Shown here: positions 60,108 through 64,000 of the stretch, in pieces
Layout: each line of letters starts with the position of its first letter
Numbering within the stretch: the stretch's first letter is position 1
DNA from: Raja brachyura
Lineage: Eukaryota
Reading direction: 5' to 3'
NCBI GenBank assembly: GCA_963514005.1
Contig: OY740809.1
Span: 14,074,001 to 14,138,000 of the forward strand
Length of the DNA: 64,000 nucleotides
Notes under the pieces: generated by a model
The model's input: only the letters and a program-made list of their open reading frames with translations
Told to the model about the DNA's origin: nothing
Databases searched by the model: none
Position numbers and translations under genes: made by a program

Positions 60108-61738
60108 GACCCCTGGGGTTGGGTCTGATGTTGCCGTCGTTGTGGAGCTTGAGGGTGGGTCCTCGTCGAGGTACTAGCAGACCCTCGTGATCGAATGTAT
60201 GGAGACTTTGAGCCTGACGGTGCGGGGGCACTCTGAGAGCGCATGATCCCCACCGTTTTGGCTTGTTCGTCAAGCTCTTTGACTCTCTTCGAGAGGTCCT
60301 CCCCAAAGAGCTGACGGGGCGGGGGCGGCGGCGGTGGTTTGCACAATCCTGCAAACTTCGGATTGAGCGCTGGGCGGATGCTGGTTTTGCGAAACCCGTT
60401 GATTTCGTGCTGGGTCGCGCACAGGAGGGCCAGAGCATCTTCCTGGTCCAAATTCAGTTCGTCCCCGTCCACCGACCGCGCAAAGGCGGTAATACCGGCC
60501 GTGAGGAGCTTCAGGATCCGCTGCAATTTTACCTCTTGTTGACGGATAGCCGCACTGATGTTGCCCCATATCGGCGTATTGACCACAGGCACGTTGAGGG
60601 AGTTGCAATTGGATGGAGCCTTGTGACGGCTCATTGCCTGAATGAGGACTTCTTCCTGTAGTTGCTGGTTGTTAAGAAAGTCCACAGTGGCTGCCAGCTT
60701 TGCGTTTAAAGGAAGTCCAGATGAATGTGGGGCCGCAAATTTGGTCGCCACATCCAGAAGATCCTCCGCTGGCACCTCCAACGGAGATGGTATGGGATCC
60801 ACCAAAACCTCCTCCTCCTGCTGCTCCAGGCTGATGGTAGAGGCTGGTGACGACGCCCTGTGCCTGTTGCTGCCCTGCCGTTGTTGACTTTGAAGCAGGA
60901 GCTCCAGCAGCTGCTCCATACGGTCAATACGCCCTTCACCCTGAACACTCAGGTGGTCGGAGTCCTCCGGCTCTGAAAAGAAAACCGGGCTCCTATCATC
61001 GGCCCGCACCTCATCGAGGCCCTGCCGGTGCCGGTAGTTGTCGCTAACAGCCGCCGAGGCGAAACTGCGCGATTCCCGCGCGGGCGTGTTCAACCGCCTC
61101 CGTTTAGCGGGAGCTGAAGCCGCTGCCACTAAGGGCACGTGCGGCGTGGTGTCGGCACCAGCCGAAGCATGGCTGCCTGAAGCCCGCGCAGGCTTGCCGG
61201 CTGCCCACATCGTGGACCTTGCCGACGCATGGTCTCGCCCACCCATCCATGGGGGGCTCGGCGACCGTGACGAGACCCGACTCAACCGACCCGTCCCGGC
61301 GTCGAGAGTCGGGGTGTGCCGGCTGGACCTCACAGCCGCCCCGGGTCTCGCCCTGGAACCTGACCGCTCCTCCGTGTCAGGCAATGCCTTAGCCCTGGCA
61401 GGGTTAGGCTTCTGGGTTGCTGCCCTTCCCCTACTCGGAGGGCTGAGTGGAACGGGCCGTGCAGCCGCACGCACCCAGCTCGAGGTCGCCAGCGAGCCCG
61501 CTGACGACCTGACTGCCATGGCAGGGTCCCCCTGCTCTGGCGGCACACCACACTCCTCCTTGTCGAACTCCTCCGAGCTGTGGTGTGCTGGCGGATCTGT
61601 ACCTGTAATCACAGGGCTTACCCACATCTCCGCCTGAGTCCCGGCCTGCGTTGCAGGTACTGCCGATGGTAAAGGCCCCGGAACTGTTGACCGGCGAACT
61701 CGTCCTGACGTCCTCCAGCCCTTGGAACTCCCATCCAT
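59999..61738 (-). CDS. gag: DIRS-C ORF1 (gag-like)
   Basis: The ATG at 61738 is positionally equivalent to 6173 of B; homologous C-half. Confidence 0.88.
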   Translation of the reverse strand: MDGSSKGWRTSGRVRRSTVPGPLPSAVPATQAGTQAEMWVSPVITGTDPPAHHSSEEFDKEECGVPPEQGDPAMAVRSSAGSLATSSWVRAAARPVPLSPPSRGRAATQKPNPARAKALPDTEERSGSRARPGAAVRSSRHTPTLDAGTGRLSRVSSRSPSPPWMGGRDHASARSTMWAAGKPARASGSHASAGADTTPHVPLVAAASAPAKRRRLNTPARESRSFASAAVSDNYRHRQGLDEVRADDRSPVFFSEPEDSDHLSVQGEGRIDRMEQLLELLLQSQQRQGSNRHRASSPASTISLEQQEEEVLVDPIPSPLEVPAEDLLDVATKFAAPHSSGLPLNAKLAATVDFLNNQQLQEEVLIQAMSRHKAPSNCNSLNVPVVNTPIWGNISAAIRQQEVKLQRILKLLTAGITAFARSVDGDELNLDQEDALALLCATQHEINGFRKTSIRPALNPKFAGLCKPPPPPPPRQLFGEDLSKRVKELDEQAKTVGIMRSQSAPAPSGSKSPYIRSRGSASTSTRTHPQAPQRRQHQTQPQGSFLGQGRQRPWWKTKTPRPQANSAPPRPPTRVKDRR

Positions 61739-62199
61739 GTCCTTGCTGCAAGACATAACCAACAACAAGGACCACCAACTAAAGGTAGGATACTTACCTC
61801 CGTGGCCCCTTATGAAGGGCTGGCGAGGAGCGCGCTCCACCGCCAGCCGTCGCAGCAACGCGGTACGACGATATGTCGAGCATGCGCGCCGGCGGGCTCT
61901 TCACAAAGTCACTCACGTGACTCCGAAATGAAATTACGGGAGGCAGAGATTGAGTAGACAGTTAAAACCTTTTTTCCAGGATGTTAGAGGCAGTTAGGAG
62001 ACTTTTGGATAAGCACACAAGAATGCAGGGAATGGAGGGATATGGATGATGTGCAGGCAGATAAGATTTTGACTTGGCATCATAATCGGCGCAGTCGTAG
62101 TGGGTCAAAAGGCCGGTTCCGGTGCTGTTCTATTTAGCCCTTCTATTGCTACATCTCTCTGATCTCCCTATATATCTGCACCATTATTGCCTGCTACCT

Positions 62200-62640
62200 C
62201 GGTTACAATATAATCCCATTATCCCATCAAACTGATATTCCCTTCTTTCTAAATTCTGCCCATATGGCATAATTGGATGTTTTCCCTGTTATATCCTCTT
62301 TGAGTCCTGCCGTACTCTTCTCCTGAATCAATGATGCAATTCCCCTTCTCTTACCTCCACTTTGACCGTGTGGAAATTGAGACATCTGGACATTGAGCTG
62401 CCATTCCACCCCATCCCTCAGCCATGTTTCCATGATCACTATAATACCTCAATTCCATGTTATGAATTTATCTACCTTACTTATGAAGCTTCTTGCATTA
62501 AAGTGAATACAATTTGGTCCATCAGACCATGCTGGCTCCCTGTCCAGCCCCTGCCTGTCTTGCCCACTGAACTTGCTTGGTCTGACCTTTATATTAGCTT
62601 CAACTTTCTCATTCATTGGACTGCTGCTTTGGCTTTCGCC
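62200..62640 (-). mobile_element. Old CR1 endonuclease-region fragment, continuing at about 56130-56250
   Basis: CIHFNARS, ETWL...WQLNV; FSKLYVDGPTRE on the far side of the nested inserts. Confidence 0.7.
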
Positions 62641-63254
62641 TCTCCACTCAACCATTCCATCCCCACTGCACCCCCCCCCCCCCGCCCTCCATTCTTTGTA
62701 GAAACATTGAGATGTAATTTTTCTGATGAGTAGATGAGTTTGTTGAAAATATGTATTCAACAGCGACTGTGCTGCCAGATTGACACAATATACTGTAAAT
62801 TCATTTGTCTTTTGAACGTCTGGGTTTTGCACCAGTTTTCTGCGATCTCCTGAGAAACATTTCCCCAGCTTCCAAAGAGCACATTCTAATCAAAGGTGAA
62901 AGTAAATGCAGTTTACCAGTACATTCATTACCTTGGCATTGTTGTATCACAAATCGAGCTCTGGCCAGTTTCCAGTCAGGGCCGTGTTGTATTTGTTTCA
63001 GTGTGGAGATTATTGATTTTGCCTTTGTCAATTTGTGAGAAAGACAATTCCTTTCCATTGTACTCAGGGTGCAATTATGATTTGGCATGTGACAAAGTAT
63101 CTTTGTACATTACTCTACACAGGGGCGTACAAGGTCAACTCAAGCTGACCCATGCTCTTAAAGTGTGGATTCTACAGGATTTCGCGTAACAGTGCATTAT
63201 GAAACTCCTTTCATGAATTTGTCCCATGTTTTTACGGACATTGCAAAAGGCATA

Positions 63255-64000
63255 TAGACACCAGGAACTGCAGATGCTGGTCCGGCAGCATCTCTGGAGA
63301 ACATGGATAGGCAACATTTTTGATCGGGACCCTTCTTCAGCCATATTGTAGTGGGAGCAGAAGGCTGGGAGAGAGCTGGGAATGGGACTAATGTGGCGAG
63401 TGATAGGTGAATACAGGTGAGAGGGATAATTAATAGATGGCTGCTCAAAGGCCAGAGGTGAAAAGGTAAGAAGTGACATAAGGATAAAAGAGGTCAGTAT
63501 GTGAAAGGAAAGGGGAATTAAAATGGTTAGCAACCGGGAGATCCAGCAACACTTGGTGGACCGAGTGCAAGCGTTCGGTGAAACAAATATGTTTCGGACA
63601 TTTTTACCACCTTCAACCTAATCCTACCACCAGTTATATCTTCCCATCCCCACCCCTTTCAATCTTCTGCAGAGACCGCTTCTCCACAACATCTCTTTCC
63701 ACTCAAACCAACCCCTCTGCAGGAACTTTCCCCTGCAACCGCAGGAGATGAAACACTTATCTCTATACCTCCTGCCGCAAGACCTGTTCGATCTCCCAGT
63801 TGCGAACTATTTTAATTCCCATTCCCATACTGACATCTCTGTCCTGGGCCGACTCCTTTGCCAGATTGAGGCTACACATAAACTGGAAAAGAGCACCTTA
63901 TATTCCGCTTGGATAGCTTACAACCTAATGGTATGAACATTGAATTCACCAATTTTAGGTAACTAATTCACAAACATACCACTTTTCCCTTCCCTTTTTT
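63255..64000. mobile_element. Penelope-like element with an inverted segment
   Basis: Minus-strand terminus 63255-63590, then plus-strand fragments similar to 36500-37050. Confidence 0.75.

Larger units (their letters stand above)
56613..61934 (-). mobile_element. DIRS1-type retrotransposon, copy C, full length and nearly intact
   Basis: AAT at 56613-56615 and 61932-61934; ICR 56836-56948; three ORFs. Confidence 0.96.
56331..62132 (+). mobile_element. CR1 3' fragment split by DIRS-C
   Basis: YGMLAFIGQGIEYK...LERVQRRF. Rejoined it reads DLIEVCR|ITGGRD. Confidence 0.85.

Noticed and set aside
61038-61637. Antisense ORFs over gag (also 5911-6372)
   Set aside because: GC-rich shadow frames, not conserved between B and C.
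61739-61858. N-terminal extension of gag in the ORF track
   Set aside because: TTG start, spans the putative leader intron, and is not matched in B.

Overview
Eukaryotic, repeat-dominated window. The HER1-like CR1, V-SINE/HE1-like SINEs and Penelope repertoire suggest a cartilaginous fish, probably a skate or ray (inference). I could not identify a host protein-coding gene. The main features are three minus-strand DIRS1-type tyrosine-recombinase retrotransposons: DIRS-A 223-9223 (pol eroded), DIRS-B 1013-6375 (nested in the YR gene of A) and DIRS-C 56613-61934 (nearly intact), plus a plus-strand 5' fragment, DIRS-D, at 29356. All integrate at an ATT/AAT core that is also the junction of their internal complementary region (ICR). 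Comparing the copies suggests three cis-encoded features worth testing. (1) A conserved, covarying multi-stem structure of about 265 nt wraps the ICR and folds better on the antisense strand; it is a candidate antisense junction-template ncRNA or cDNA structure. (2) An HIV-type U_UUU_UUA -1 frameshift signal links gag to pol. (3) A leader-exon splice may express the recombinase. The rest is layered CR1, HERO, Vingi, Rex1, L1, RTE and Penelope elements (with hammerhead cores), a TRIM-like LTR element, several MITEs and a 130-N gap. Family names come from motif recognition only, and boundaries of old fragments are approximate.
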